Below, in pieces: positions 19,940 through 30,975 of a stretch of DNA of 64,000 nt. Where the stretch lies: assembly GCA_963666735.1 (NCBI GenBank), contig OY762926.1, positions 96,001-160,000 on the forward strand, in the 5' to 3' direction. The translations under genes and the position numbers were made by a program. Under the pieces are notes generated by a model. The model did no database searches. It was not told the DNA's origin and was given only the letters and a program-made list of their open reading frames with translations. Source of the DNA: Gemmatimonadota bacterium (lineage in GTDB: Bacteria > Gemmatimonadota > Gemmatimonadetes > Palauibacterales > Palauibacteraceae). The number at the start of each line of letters is the position of its first letter. The first letter of the stretch is position 1.

Positions 19940-21148
19940 ATGAAGCCGGACCTGAGAGCGCTCTTCCCGGGGGCGAGCGAGCAGCCCTACTTCGACATCT
20001 CGGCGAACTCGCTCATGGCGGAGCCGGTGCGCGCTGCGATCGAGGGGCACCTGGCCGGGAGAACGTCGGGGCGAGGCGACAAGACGGAGATGGTCGCGAC
20101 CGTCAATCGCGCGCGATCCTCGTTCGCGTCGCTGATCGGCGCGACGTCCGATGAGGTCGCGATCACGAAGAACGTCTCCGACGGCCTCAACCTGTTCGGC
20201 GCCAGCCTCCCGTGGCGGGAAGGGGACAACGTCGTGTTGTGTCCCGCGCTCGAGCACCCGAACAACATCTACCTCTGGTACAGCCTCGTCCGCACGCACG
20301 GAATCGAGGTGCGGCCGGTCGCGCCGGAGGATGGCCACATCCCGGTGGGGGCGATGGCCGCGGCGATGGACGAACGCACGCGGCTCGTGACGATCCCCAG
20401 CATCACCTTCGCCCCCGGTTTCGTCACGGATATGAAGGCGATTGCGGCGGCGGCCCGGCAGGTCGGTGCGTTGACGCTGGTGGACGCGGCCCAGTCGGTC
20501 GGCGCCCACCGTACGGACGTCGGCGATCTGGGCGTCGACGCGCTGGCCGTCGCGGCGCAGAAGGCCCTCCTCTCGGTGTACGGATTCGGCTTCCTGTATG
20601 TGCGGCGCGAGGTGGCCGAGACGCTGACGCCGGTACACGTGGCACGCTTCGGGATCGAACTCGACGCCCACGAGACGGCGTACTCGGACGACGAACTCCG
20701 CTTCCGCCCGGGCACCCTCCGTTTCGACGTGGGCAACTACAACTATCTCGGCGCGGCGGCGACCGCAGCGGCGCTGGATCTGCTGGGCGGATGGGGCGTC
20801 GAGCGCGTCGAGAAGCACGTGCGCGGTCTGGCGGCCGACCTGGCGAACGGCCTTCTGGACCTCGGCCTCCCGGTCGTCGGGGGGAGGCCGGGACCCCACC
20901 TGGCGCACATCGTGTCGGTCGGCGAGAGCGGCGGCGGACGCCACTACACGGCCGACGACCCCGCCATGAACTCACTCCACGATCACCTCTCCGCAGCCGG
21001 CATCCGCCTCGCGATCCGCACCGGCATGCTCCGTTTCTCCATCGGCGTCTACAACGACGAGACCGACATCGACCGTGTCGTGGAGGCCGCTCAAGCGTGG
21101 TGTGCCCGAACAGGGTACGGGCAGGCGGAACGGGCTGAGGTGACTTGA
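19940..21148 (+). CDS. Class V PLP-dependent aminotransferase / cysteine desulfurase-like
   Basis: LEHPNN, LVDAAQSVG, AAQKALL motifs; GGAG before ATG 19940. Confidence 0.88.
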   Translation: MKPDLRALFPGASEQPYFDISANSLMAEPVRAAIEGHLAGRTSGRGDKTEMVATVNRARSSFASLIGATSDEVAITKNVSDGLNLFGASLPWREGDNVVLCPALEHPNNIYLWYSLVRTHGIEVRPVAPEDGHIPVGAMAAAMDERTRLVTIPSITFAPGFVTDMKAIAAAARQVGALTLVDAAQSVGAHRTDVGDLGVDALAVAAQKALLSVYGFGFLYVRREVAETLTPVHVARFGIELDAHETAYSDDELRFRPGTLRFDVGNYNYLGAAATAAALDLLGGWGVERVEKHVRGLAADLANGLLDLGLPVVGGRPGPHLAHIVSVGESGGGRHYTADDPAMNSLHDHLSAAGIRLAIRTGMLRFSIGVYNDETDIDRVVEAAQAWCARTGYGQAERAEVT

Positions 21149-21293
21149 AGTACGCGCCGGCCGGGGCGGGATGAGCGGCGAGGATGCTATCTTTGGGACG
21201 GTGCCGTGCCGGGGAGGTCTGGAGTTGGTATCGGAGAAGGGGTCGCCGGCGATTAGCCCAGGGTACGAGGATTCTGTCGATGATGGCCAGTAC

Positions 21294-23267
21294 ATGACCA
21301 CGATTCTTCCGTTCAACCTTGACGATCTCCTCCGCTTTCGCGGCGTCGAGTCCGAGCGCGTGGAGTTGAAGGCATCGTGGGATCCGGATCGCACAGGCCC
21401 TCAGGTACTGCGAACGATCTGCGCCTTCGCGAACGACTACCACAACCTGAACGGCGGCTACGTTGTCATCGGCGTGGAAGAGCAGGATGGTCGCGCGGTC
21501 CTCCCTCCCCGTGGCCTCTCGGATGAAGCCGTCGACGCCGCACAGAGGTGGATACGGGGCCAGTGTAACCGTCTGGACCCCGCCTTCCAGCCTGTTCTTT
21601 CCCCAGAGACGATAGACGGCCGCTTGATCCTCGTGATATGGGCGCCGGGGAGCGACATGCGGCCCCATCGAGCGCCAGCCAGAGACGGGTCGCGCCGGTA
21701 CTGGGTCCGTCTGGGCGCCGAGACGGTCGACGCCGAACGGCGGCCGGGCTTGCTACAACGGTTGGTCGAGCAGACGGCTCGCGTCCCTTGGGACGACCGG
21801 CGCGCTCACAATGCGAGGATCGACGATCTGCGCGAGGCAAAGGTCCGCGAATACTTGCGCGAAATAGGAAGCGGCTTGCTTGAAGAAAGAAGCGAAGCGG
21901 ACATCTATCGGCGGATGCGGATCACTCTCCCGGTCAATGATCACGAGACACCCCGAAACGTGGGATTGCTGTTTTTTTCGAGAGACCCCGGTCAATGGTT
22001 CCGCGGCGCAACGATCGAGGTCGTCCACTTTGCGGCGGACCGGGCCGGAGATGTCCAGGAGGAACGGACGTTTGGTGGTGGTCTCGTAGATCAGCTTCGA
22101 GACTGCCTTAACTATCTTGAAAACCTCTCAACGTACCATCTGAAGAAGCAGCGAGATCGCAGCCAGGTGCGTGGCTGGGTCAGCTATCCGCTGCAGGCAC
22201 TCCGCGAGACGCTCGTGAATGCCGTCTATCACCGCAGCTACGATCAGGATCAGCCCGAGCCTACGAAAGTCTATCTTTATCCGAGCCGCGTGGAGATCAT
22301 CAACTACCCGGGACCGGTGCCGGGAATCGAGTTACGGCATCTGCTTCCCGACGCGGAGATCCGCCCGGTGCCGGCGCGGAATCGCCGCATCGGCGAGTTC
22401 CTGAAGGAGTTGGGGTTGGCGGAGGGGCGGCTTTCGGGATTGCCGAAGGTCTATCGGGCGATGGAAGCCAACGGCTCGCCGCCACCGGGATTCGATTTCG
22501 ACGAGCAACGAACTTTCTTCCGCGCCACGTTGCCGGCTCACCCGGAGTACGCGGCGTTATCGGCCATCCGGGACGCGGCCCACTTGAGAGGGCTCGGCGA
22601 GCACGCCGAAGCGTTTCGGCGCATCGAATCTGCGTGGCGCTCCCAGCCGGCCTCAGCCGTTCTGACGTCAGAACTCATTCGCGGCTATGCGCGGCGCGGC
22701 GAGATTGATCGTGCTGAGGAAGTGTTCGACGTGTTCGAGGAAAAGGGCCTGGTGAGCGCTCGCGCTCATGTTGCAAATACGATGGTTGAGGCACTGCTTG
22801 AAGCCGACCAGGACAAGAAAGCACAATCGTTGCTCACGAGACGGAAGGGTAACTGGTTCGGCCAAGACGCTATCGACGCTGCCATCCTGGCGCGACGCGC
22901 GAGGGATTCTCGCACGGCCCACCGCTACTTCGAACGCGCGGGGGACGCCGTGTACGCCGACCCCCGTGCGCTCCTCGAGTTTGCCCAGACCAAGATCTGG
23001 CTGGCGGGCGAAGCACACCGAAGAGGCCGGCGAGATTCGCGCCGCAGATTCCTCACGGAGGCCCGGGAGCTCCTGGAGCGCGTCATCCAGCTCGACGCCT
23101 CGCCGACACGCCACGCGTGGGCATGGAGAGAACTCGCCCGTACGCTCCGCTTCCTGCAGATGCCGCCCGGAGATGTGGAGGAGGCATATGGAAGAGCGAT
23201 CGCGTTGGCTCCGGACGAACCGAGGTTCGTCGATGAACTGGAGCGATTTCGTAAGCAGGGGCGATGA
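21294..23267 (+). CDS. AlbA_2 (Schlafen-like) domain + RecG-C/HATPase_c_4-like domain + C-terminal TPR-like helical region
   Basis: ESERVELK, ICAFAN...GGYVVIGV, YPLQALRETLVNAVYHRSY, RNRRIGEFLKELGLAEG; helical repeats at the C-terminus. Confidence 0.8.
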   Translation: MTTILPFNLDDLLRFRGVESERVELKASWDPDRTGPQVLRTICAFANDYHNLNGGYVVIGVEEQDGRAVLPPRGLSDEAVDAAQRWIRGQCNRLDPAFQPVLSPETIDGRLILVIWAPGSDMRPHRAPARDGSRRYWVRLGAETVDAERRPGLLQRLVEQTARVPWDDRRAHNARIDDLREAKVREYLREIGSGLLEERSEADIYRRMRITLPVNDHETPRNVGLLFFSRDPGQWFRGATIEVVHFAADRAGDVQEERTFGGGLVDQLRDCLNYLENLSTYHLKKQRDRSQVRGWVSYPLQALRETLVNAVYHRSYDQDQPEPTKVYLYPSRVEIINYPGPVPGIELRHLLPDAEIRPVPARNRRIGEFLKELGLAEGRLSGLPKVYRAMEANGSPPPGFDFDEQRTFFRATLPAHPEYAALSAIRDAAHLRGLGEHAEAFRRIESAWRSQPASAVLTSELIRGYARRGEIDRAEEVFDVFEEKGLVSARAHVANTMVEALLEADQDKKAQSLLTRRKGNWFGQDAIDAAILARRARDSRTAHRYFERAGDAVYADPRALLEFAQTKIWLAGEAHRRGRRDSRRRFLTEARELLERVIQLDASPTRHAWAWRELARTLRFLQMPPGDVEEAYGRAIALAPDEPRFVDELERFRKQGR

Positions 23268-23326
23268 TGCCATCGGCCCCTTTCCCGTGATCAACTGGAC
23301 GAGCGCCGCCACGAAGGGTGACAAGC

Positions 23327-25069
23327 ATGTCCCAGGACCATCGGAGAGAGTCTCGGACCCCGTACACAGGGTGCTTGGACCGGCGCGCGTTCATGGCCGC
23401 GGCCTCCGCGATGGGACTGGGAGCCACCGCCCTCCCGGCCGCCTTGTGGGCGCGCACCGAGGGCGGGCAGGAGGCCCTGACCAAGGCCGACATCTCCGCC
23501 GCCGCGCGGGTCGCCGGGCTCGAGTTCACGGACGAGGAACTCGATCTCATGGTGGAGGACCTCAACGGGACGCGCGAGAGCTACGACGAGTTGCGCACGG
23601 TCGAGATCCCGAACTCCGTCGTCCCCGCCCTCCACTTCGAGCCCGCGCTCCCGGGGGCTTCGTATCCCACCGAATCCAGCGTCTTTCGCTACACGCGTCC
23701 CCGGGGGCTCGCGCGTCCGGCCGACCTCGAAGCGCTCGCGTTCGCGCCGGTCGCGGAACTGGCCGAACTCGTCCGCTCCCGCCAGGTGACGTCGACCGAA
23801 CTCACGGAGATGTACCTGGGTCGGCTGAAGGCGCACGGGGAGACGCTCGAATGCCTGATCACGCTCACCGAGGAACTCGCCCTGCGGCAGGCGGCGCGCG
23901 CGGACGCGGAGATCGCGCGCGGTTACTACCGCGGGCCACTGCACGGGATCCCTTGGGGGGCGAAGGACCTCCTCGCCGAGGATTCCTACCGCACGACGTG
24001 GGGCGCCAAGCCGTACGAGGACCAGCACATCCCCGATGACTCCACGGTCGGCCGGCGGCTCGAGGAGGCGGGCGCGGTCCTGGTGGCGAAGCTCACCCTG
24101 GGTGCGCTCGCGCAGGGAGACCGCTGGTACGGCGGACAGACGAAGAACCCGTGGAACCTGGAGCAGGGGTCGAGCGGTTCGTCGGCCGGCTCCGCATCGG
24201 CGGTGGTCGCGGGCCTCGTCGGGTTCACGATCGGGAGCGAGACGCTGGGTTCGATCGTCTCTCCCTCCACGCGCTGCGGCGCCTCCGGTCTCCGGCCCAC
24301 CTTCGGGCGCGTGAGCCGGTCCGGGGCGATGGCGCTCTCGTGGTCGATGGACAAGCTGGGGCCGATTTGCCGCGGTGCGGAGGACTGCGCCCTCGTCTTG
24401 CACGCGATCCACGGCGCGGACGGGATGGACCCCACGGCGCGAGATGTGGCCTTCGACTGGGATCCGGAGCGGCCGCTCTCCGACCTCCGCGTCGCCTGGG
24501 TGCCCTCGGCCTTCGAGGCGGAGCGGGAGGACGAGGAGTGGAAGGCCTTCGACGAAGCCTCGCTGGAGGTTGTGCGCGGGCTCGGGATCGACCCGGTCCC
24601 TCTCGAACTCCCGGACGACATTCCGTACGGCGCGATGCGGATCATCCTCAGCGCCGAGGCCGGTGCGGCCTTCGACGAACTCACCCGGAGCGGGCGGGAC
24701 GATCTGCTCGTGCGACAAACGCGCGGTGCGTGGCCCAACACCTTCCGCAAGGCGCGGATGATCCCCGCGGTGGAGTACATCCAGGCGAACCGGCTGCGCA
24801 CGATCGCCATGCACCGCTTCGAGCGGGCGATGGAGGGGATCGACGTCGTCGTCACGCCGAGTTTCGGGGGACCGATGCTCCTGCTCACGAACCTCACGGG
24901 ACATCCCCAGGCCGTGATCCCCAACGGGTACCGTTCGGAAGACGGGACGCCGACGAGCATCTCGTTCGTCGGCAAGCTGTTCGGCGACGCGGAGGCGCTG
25001 CGGCTCGCGAAGGCGGTGCAGGACGCGACGGAGCACCACCTCCGGCGTCCGCCACAGTTCGGGGCGTGA
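23327..25069 (+). CDS. Amidase signature family enzyme with Tat signal
   Basis: DRRAFM; GPLHGIPWGAKD, GSSGSSAGS, GSETLGSI motifs. Confidence 0.92.
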   Translation: MSQDHRRESRTPYTGCLDRRAFMAAASAMGLGATALPAALWARTEGGQEALTKADISAAARVAGLEFTDEELDLMVEDLNGTRESYDELRTVEIPNSVVPALHFEPALPGASYPTESSVFRYTRPRGLARPADLEALAFAPVAELAELVRSRQVTSTELTEMYLGRLKAHGETLECLITLTEELALRQAARADAEIARGYYRGPLHGIPWGAKDLLAEDSYRTTWGAKPYEDQHIPDDSTVGRRLEEAGAVLVAKLTLGALAQGDRWYGGQTKNPWNLEQGSSGSSAGSASAVVAGLVGFTIGSETLGSIVSPSTRCGASGLRPTFGRVSRSGAMALSWSMDKLGPICRGAEDCALVLHAIHGADGMDPTARDVAFDWDPERPLSDLRVAWVPSAFEAEREDEEWKAFDEASLEVVRGLGIDPVPLELPDDIPYGAMRIILSAEAGAAFDELTRSGRDDLLVRQTRGAWPNTFRKARMIPAVEYIQANRLRTIAMHRFERAMEGIDVVVTPSFGGPMLLLTNLTGHPQAVIPNGYRSEDGTPTSISFVGKLFGDAEALRLAKAVQDATEHHLRRPPQFGA

Positions 25070-26100
25070 TCGACCTCCGCAGCGACACGGTGACGCGCCC
25101 GACGGAGGCCATGCGGGCGGCGATGGCGGCGGCGCCGGTGGGGGACGACTGCTACGGGGACGACCCGACGGTGCTCGAACTGGAGCGGCGCACGGCGGAG
25201 ATCCTCGGCAAGGAAGCCGCCATGTACGTGCCGACGGGGACGATGAGCAACCAGCTCGCCCTGCGCGCGCACACGGAGCCGGGCGACACCGTGCTCATCG
25301 GCCCGGGAGCGCACATCTGGTTCGGCGAGGGGGGCGCGCCGTCGCCGATCTCCGGGGTCGTCATCCGGCCGCTCGAGGGCGACCGCGGCATGTTCGGCGC
25401 GGCGACCCTGCGGGCGGCGCTCAACCTCGACATGGGGACCGTGCGCGCGCGCATGCAGTCGCCCGTGCGGCTGGTCTGCGCCGAGAACACGCACAACGGG
25501 GCGGGCGGCACCGTGTGGCCCCTCGACCTCCTGCGCGAGATGCTCGCCGCCGCGCGCGAGGCCGGTCTCGCCACCCACCTCGACGGCGCCCGGCTGTGGA
25601 ACGCGACCGCGGCCAGCGGCATCCCCGAGGCCGAATTCGCGGTGGGCTTCGACACGGTGAACGTCTGCTTCTCCAAGGCGCTCGGCGCCCCGCTGGGTTC
25701 AGCCCTCGCCGGCCCGGCGGACCTCATCGAGCGCGCCCGCCGCTTCAAGCAGCTCTATGGCGGAGGCTTCCGGCAGGCGGGGATCGTCGCCGCCGGCGCC
25801 CTGTACGCGCTCGAACACCACCGCGAGCGGCTCACACGGGATCATGCCCGGGCGAGGAGGCTGGCCCGCGGACTCGCCGCGATCCGCGGCCTGGAGGTCG
25901 ACGTCGAAGGCGTGGAGACGAACATCGTCCGCTTCCGGACGACGGCGGTCGACGCGCCGGAGTTGGCCGGGCGCTGCCGGGAGGCGGGAGTCCTGCTGAA
26001 CGCCTACAGCCGGCGGGATCTGCGGGTCATCCCCCACCTCCACACCACGGACGGCGATGTGGCGGACGCACTGGAGGTCTTCCGCCGGACCGCCGCCTAA
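25066..26100 (+). CDS. ltaE: Low-specificity L-threonine aldolase
   Basis: IDLRSDTVTRPT, VGDD, PTGTMSNQ, ENTHN, HLDGARLWNA, CFSKALGAP. Confidence 0.92.
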   Translation: MIDLRSDTVTRPTEAMRAAMAAAPVGDDCYGDDPTVLELERRTAEILGKEAAMYVPTGTMSNQLALRAHTEPGDTVLIGPGAHIWFGEGGAPSPISGVVIRPLEGDRGMFGAATLRAALNLDMGTVRARMQSPVRLVCAENTHNGAGGTVWPLDLLREMLAAAREAGLATHLDGARLWNATAASGIPEAEFAVGFDTVNVCFSKALGAPLGSALAGPADLIERARRFKQLYGGGFRQAGIVAAGALYALEHHRERLTRDHARARRLARGLAAIRGLEVDVEGVETNIVRFRTTAVDAPELAGRCREAGVLLNAYSRRDLRVIPHLHTTDGDVADALEVFRRTAA

Positions 26101-26167
26101 CAGCCCTCGCCCAGCTGCCCTCGCCAGCAGCCCTCGCCTGGCTGCCCTCGCCCTAGCTGCCCTTCCC
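26101..26167. repeat. Imperfect ~13-14 bp tandem repeat (GC[A/T]GCCCTCGCC) between convergent stop codons
   Basis: About five units read directly from the sequence. Confidence 0.7.
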
Positions 26168-27259
26168 GAGCGCGACGGCGACTTCGGCCTCGATGGCCTG
26201 CGTGATCTCGTCCGACCGCTCCGAGCCGAGCAGGACCGCGATCCAGCGGGTGGACTCGTTCGTCCCCAGCACGATGCGGCACATCACCGTGAGCGGCACC
26301 GACAGCAGCATCCCCACGGGTCCCAGTACCCAGCCCCAGAAGACGAGCGAGGCGAAGACGACGAGCGTCGACAGGCCCACGCTGTACCCCATAACCTTGG
26401 GCTCGATGAGGTTGCCCCAGACGACGTTGACGACGAGGAACCCGGCCGCGGCGGCCACCGCCGTCCCGACCCCCATCGTGAGCCACGCGACGAGCACCGC
26501 CGGCACGGCCGCGATGAAGGACCCGATGTTGGGGACGTAGTTGAGCAGAAACGCGAGCACTCCCCACAGCAACGGGTAGTTGACGCCCAGCACCGCCATG
26601 AGCCCCGCGACGCAGAGGCCGGTTCCGATGCTGACGATCGTCTTCAGCACGACGTAGCGCCGGACCGCGGTCCCGACCTTCTCCCAGTTCTCCCGCGCCT
26701 CCGTCGCATCGGCCTCGCCGAAGGCGACCCGAACCTTCGTGGGGAAGCCCGAGAGCTCGAGCAGCATGAAGACCATCGTGAGGATGATCAGGAACCCGTT
26801 GGCGAGGATGAACCCCAGGTTCTCGACGAGCTCCCGGATGAGGCCGAGCATCCAACTCGGCGAGATCGAGATGAGTTCGTCGGCATCGAGCACGGGCGAC
26901 TGGAGCCCGAACCGCACCATGTAGTCGCTCAGCGTGGCCTCCACCGCCTCGATCTGCTCCGCGAAGAGCCTGTCGAGTTGCGCCTCCGTGCGTCCGAGTT
27001 CGACGACGGGGGTCGCGATCAGGCCCCCGGCCACCGTCCCGAGGGCGAGGATGACGAGCACCAGGGCGAGGACCGCGACGGACTTGGGAATCCGGCGGTT
27101 CGTCATCCAGCGGAGCGGCGTGGAGCACAGGATGGTGAGAAAGAGCGCGAGCACGAAGGAGACGATCAGCGGCGCGGCGGCGCGCATCCCGGCCACGATG
27201 ATGACGAAGGCCGCCAGGTTCAGGAGGATCCGGTGTACTCGTGTCGCGTCGTCGCGCAT
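26153..27259 (-). CDS. AI-2E family transporter (UPF0118)
   Basis: [38 protein letters not shown]. Confidence 0.92.
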   Translation of the reverse strand: MRDDATRVHRILLNLAAFVIIVAGMRAAAPLIVSFVLALFLTILCSTPLRWMTNRRIPKSVAVLALVLVILALGTVAGGLIATPVVELGRTEAQLDRLFAEQIEAVEATLSDYMVRFGLQSPVLDADELISISPSWMLGLIRELVENLGFILANGFLIILTMVFMLLELSGFPTKVRVAFGEADATEARENWEKVGTAVRRYVVLKTIVSIGTGLCVAGLMAVLGVNYPLLWGVLAFLLNYVPNIGSFIAAVPAVLVAWLTMGVGTAVAAAAGFLVVNVVWGNLIEPKVMGYSVGLSTLVVFASLVFWGWVLGPVGMLLSVPLTVMCRIVLGTNESTRWIAVLLGSERSDEITQAIEAEVAVALGKGS

Positions 27260-27414
27260 GGAACGAGGGTGCGGACCGGAGCGGATCGGGGCAACCCCGG
27301 AGATCGCCGGATCGTCGTTGCAGTGCGCGCCTTTCCGCGGATACTTTCGACCGTTCCCTCGTGACCGCCAACTTCCGGGATCAACTCCCGAAAACGAACT
27401 GCCGAGAGAGGCGC

Positions 27415-27843
27415 TTGATCGAACCGAAGATCCGTGTGCTCGTGGCCAAGCCCGGGCTCGACGGCCACGACCGGGGTGCGAAGGTGATGGCCGCTGCCCT
27501 CCAGGACGCGGGGATGGAGGTCATCTACACGGGACTCCACCAGACGCCGGAGATGATCGCCGCCACCGCGCTCCAGGAGGACGTGGATGTCGTGGCGCTC
27601 TCGATCCTGTCGGGGGCGCACATGACGCTCTTCCCGCGCGTGAAGGCGCTCCTCGATGGCCAGGGGATGGACGGGGTGCTCCTCACCGGGGGAGGGATCA
27701 TCCCCGCCGAAGACGTGGAGGCGCTGACCGGCCTCGGCGTCGGCCGCCTCTTCGGTCCGGGCACCTCCACCTCCGACGCGGTCGCCTACATTCGCGCGTG
27801 GTTCGAGGAGCGCGGGCGCGAAGCCTCCGGGGCGACAGGCTAG
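27415..27843 (+). CDS. Cobalamin-binding domain protein (methylmalonyl-CoA mutase C-terminal subunit-like)
   Basis: [14 protein letters not shown] (DxHxxG), SILSGAH, GGGIIP. Confidence 0.92.
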   Translation: MIEPKIRVLVAKPGLDGHDRGAKVMAAALQDAGMEVIYTGLHQTPEMIAATALQEDVDVVALSILSGAHMTLFPRVKALLDGQGMDGVLLTGGGIIPAEDVEALTGLGVGRLFGPGTSTSDAVAYIRAWFEERGREASGATG

Positions 27844-27852
27844 CCGCGGCCG

Positions 27853-29463
27853 GTGGGCGATAACGACGACAGCCGGATGGGCGCGCTCGTGGCCGAACTG
27901 CGCGAGCTCGAAGCCCGGATCCAGCGCGGCGGCGGGGAAGAGCGCGTGGCCCGGCAGCACGCGCAGGGCAAGCTCACGGCCCGCGAGCGGGTCGACCTCC
28001 TCATCGATGATGGCGGCGGCTTCCTGGAGATCGGCCTCCTCATCGCGCACGACCGGTACGACGGCAAGGCGCCGGCCGCCGGCGTGGTGACCGGGGTGGG
28101 CGAGGTGTGCGGGCGCGAGGTCGTCGTCGTCGCGAACGACCAGACGGTGAAGGCCGGAAGCTGGTGGCCAGAGACGATCACGAAGATCCTGCGGGCGCAG
28201 GAGATCGCGATGCGGTGCCGCGTGCCGATCGTCTATCTCGTGGATTCGGCCGGCGTGAACCTGCCGTATCAGGGCGGGGTCTTCCCGGGGCAGTACGGCG
28301 CCAGCCGCATCTTCTACTACAACTCGATCATGCGGCACTACCTCGAGGTGCCGCAGATCTCCGCCGTGATGGGCCAGTGCATCGCGGGGGGCGCCTATCT
28401 TCCCGCCCTTTCGGACGTGATCGTGATGGTGGAGGGGACGAGCTTCATGGGTCTCGGGGGCCCGCACCTCGTGAAGGGCGCGACGGGGCAGGAGGTCGAG
28501 GCCGAGGAACTCGGCGGGGCGCTGATGCACAACCGCGTGAGCGGCGTGGCCCACTACCGCGTGGAAGACGACAACGCGTGCATCGAGAAGGTCCGTTCGC
28601 TCGTCGCCGGACTCCCCGCCGGCCTCCGTCCGGACCCCGCCATCGAAGCCCGGGACGCGGCGCGCCCGGCGGCGGAGGCCTACGCGCTCCTGCCCGGCGA
28701 CCACCGCCAACCCTTCGACATGGAGGCGGTCCTCGAGACGATCCTCGACGAGGGTCCGTTCGAGGAGTTCCAGGCGGACCGCGCGCCGGAGATGCTCACG
28801 GGAACGGGGCACATCGACGGCTTTCGGGTGGGGGTGATCGCGAACCGGCGGGGCATGTTCCGGGGCGAGGCCGGCGAACCGCCGAAGTTCGGCGGGATCG
28901 TGTACACGGAGAGCGCGGAGAAAGTGGCCTACTTCATGGACCTCTGCGACCGGCACGACGCGCCGCTCGTCTTCGTGCAGGACGTGAGCGGGTTCATGGT
29001 CGGACCGAAGGCGGAGCAGTCCGGGATTATTCGGGCGGGCGCGCGCATGGTCGAGTCCATGGCGACGGCCCGCGTGCCCAAGATCGTGCTCACGGTCAAC
29101 CACGCGAGCGGAGCGGGGTACTATGCGATGGCGGCGCAGGGGTTCGATCCCGACTTCATCTTCACGTGGCCGACGGGGCGGATGGCGGTGATGGAGGGGG
29201 AGGCCGCCGTTCAGGCCGCCTTCGGACGCAAGCTCGAGGCGGCGGCGGGGGGAGACCTGGATGAGGAGACGGCCGCCGCGATCGAACGGACGCGGGAGAA
29301 TTACGAGGAGCAACTCGATGCGAAATACGCGGCGGCGCGCGGGTTCGTGGACGCAATCCTGACGCCGGAGGACACGCGGGCGGTGCTGTCGCTCGCACTG
29401 CGCTGTTCCCTCGGCAACCCAGGCCCTCATCTTGGACCGTTCACGCTCCCGGACAGCCTGTGA
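27853..29463 (+). CDS. Acyl-CoA carboxylase carboxyltransferase (beta) subunit
   Basis: GKLTARERV, LVDSAG, AGGAY, QDVSGFMVG motifs. Confidence 0.93.
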   Translation: MGDNDDSRMGALVAELRELEARIQRGGGEERVARQHAQGKLTARERVDLLIDDGGGFLEIGLLIAHDRYDGKAPAAGVVTGVGEVCGREVVVVANDQTVKAGSWWPETITKILRAQEIAMRCRVPIVYLVDSAGVNLPYQGGVFPGQYGASRIFYYNSIMRHYLEVPQISAVMGQCIAGGAYLPALSDVIVMVEGTSFMGLGGPHLVKGATGQEVEAEELGGALMHNRVSGVAHYRVEDDNACIEKVRSLVAGLPAGLRPDPAIEARDAARPAAEAYALLPGDHRQPFDMEAVLETILDEGPFEEFQADRAPEMLTGTGHIDGFRVGVIANRRGMFRGEAGEPPKFGGIVYTESAEKVAYFMDLCDRHDAPLVFVQDVSGFMVGPKAEQSGIIRAGARMVESMATARVPKIVLTVNHASGAGYYAMAAQGFDPDFIFTWPTGRMAVMEGEAAVQAAFGRKLEAAAGGDLDEETAAAIERTRENYEEQLDAKYAAARGFVDAILTPEDTRAVLSLALRCSLGNPGPHLGPFTLPDSL

Positions 29464-30932
29464 ACGAACGACCTGGGGCGACGGAAGCCCTCGCGCTCGA
29501 AGACGCATCCGCCGCGGTGGGACTCGAGGAGCGGCCGCTCCCGGCCCGCGCCGGGCTCCATGGCGACCGCCGTGTGCGCGTCGCCTCCGGACAGGGGTTC
29601 TGGGGAGACTGGCAGGAGGCGCCCAAGCTGCAGGTGCGGCGCGGCGCGATCGACTACCTGATGCTCGACTACCTGGCCGAGATTACGATGTCGATCATGC
29701 AGAAGCAGCGGGACCGGGATCCGGCCGCCGGCTACGCGCGCGACTTCGTGCCCCTGATGGACGACCTCATCCCCGACCTCCTCGAGAAGGAGATCCGCGT
29801 GGTCTCGAACGCGGGCGGGGTGAACCCGGAGGGGTGCCGGGCCGAACTCGGATTCGCGTTCGCGGACGCGTCGCTGCCGCGCCGGCCCCGGGTGGCGGTG
29901 ATCACGGGCGACGACCTGATGGACTCGCTCGACGACCTCCTCGCCGCGGGACACGAACTCCGCCACATGGAGACGGGCGAGCCGCTCTCCGCCGTCCGCG
30001 ACCGGGTGGCCGCCGCGAACGCGTACCTCGGCGCCGAACCGATCATCGAGGCGTTGCGGCAGGAGGCGGACATCGTCGTGGCCGGGCGCTCGACGGATAC
30101 CGCGCTCACCTACGCGCCGCTCATGCACGAGTTCTCCTGGCCGGCCGACGACTGGGACCGGCTCGCGCACGGGGTCGTCGCCGGACACATCAACGAATGC
30201 GGATGCCAGGCCTCCGGCGGGAACTCGCTCGTCGACTGGCGGGAGATCGACCTCACGCTTCCCGGCTATCCCATCATCGAAGCGGAAGCGGACGGGACCT
30301 TCGTGGTGACGAAGCACCCGGACCTCGGCGGGCGGGTGACCTGGGCCACCGTCGCGGAGCAGATCGTGTACGAGCTCGGCGACCCGCGGGAATACATCAC
30401 GCCCGACGTGGTCGCGGACTTCTCGACCATCCGTCTCCGCGATCTGGGGAAGGACAGGGTCCGGGTCGAGGGCGTGGCCGGCCGGGCGCGCACGGACAAG
30501 CTCAAGGTTTCCATCGCCTACCACGACGGCTTCAAGGCCGTGGGCGACCTTACCTACGCCTGGCCCGACGCGGTGGACAAGGCGCGGCGCGCGGACGAGA
30601 TCCTCCGGGGTCGCCTGCGGCACCTGGGGCTCGACTTCGACGAGATCCGAACGGAACTCGTCGGCGCCGGCGCGTGTCACGGGCCGCTGGCCGGCGCCCC
30701 CTCCGACGACCTGCCCGAGGTCACGCTGCGGGTCGGCGTCCGCAGCCCGGACCGCCACGCCGTGTCACGCTTCAGCCGGGAGATCGCGCCCCTCATCCTC
30801 GCGGGCCCGCCCACCGTCACGGGCTTCGCGGACGGCCGCCCCCGGGTGCGGGAGGTCGTCGCCTACTGGCCCGCGCTCATCGACCGCGAGGTCGTGGAAT
30901 CCAACGTGAAAGTGGAGACGATGGAACTGTGA
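29460..30932 (+). CDS. Acyclic terpene utilisation AtuA family protein (DUF1446)
   Basis: GQGFWGD, DYLAEITM, NAYLGA, GHINECG, EQIVYE motifs. Confidence 0.9.
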   Translation: MNERPGATEALALEDASAAVGLEERPLPARAGLHGDRRVRVASGQGFWGDWQEAPKLQVRRGAIDYLMLDYLAEITMSIMQKQRDRDPAAGYARDFVPLMDDLIPDLLEKEIRVVSNAGGVNPEGCRAELGFAFADASLPRRPRVAVITGDDLMDSLDDLLAAGHELRHMETGEPLSAVRDRVAAANAYLGAEPIIEALRQEADIVVAGRSTDTALTYAPLMHEFSWPADDWDRLAHGVVAGHINECGCQASGGNSLVDWREIDLTLPGYPIIEAEADGTFVVTKHPDLGGRVTWATVAEQIVYELGDPREYITPDVVADFSTIRLRDLGKDRVRVEGVAGRARTDKLKVSIAYHDGFKAVGDLTYAWPDAVDKARRADEILRGRLRHLGLDFDEIRTELVGAGACHGPLAGAPSDDLPEVTLRVGVRSPDRHAVSRFSREIAPLILAGPPTVTGFADGRPRVREVVAYWPALIDREVVESNVKVETMEL

Positions 30933-30975
30933 GGCTGGAACTGTGAGGCTGGAACTGTGAGGCTGGAACCGTGAG
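30922..30975 (+). repeat. 14-bp tandem repeat TGGAACTGTGAGGC x3 plus a partial copy
   Basis: Units at 30922, 30936, 30950 and variant TGGAACCGTGAG at 30964. Confidence 0.9.
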
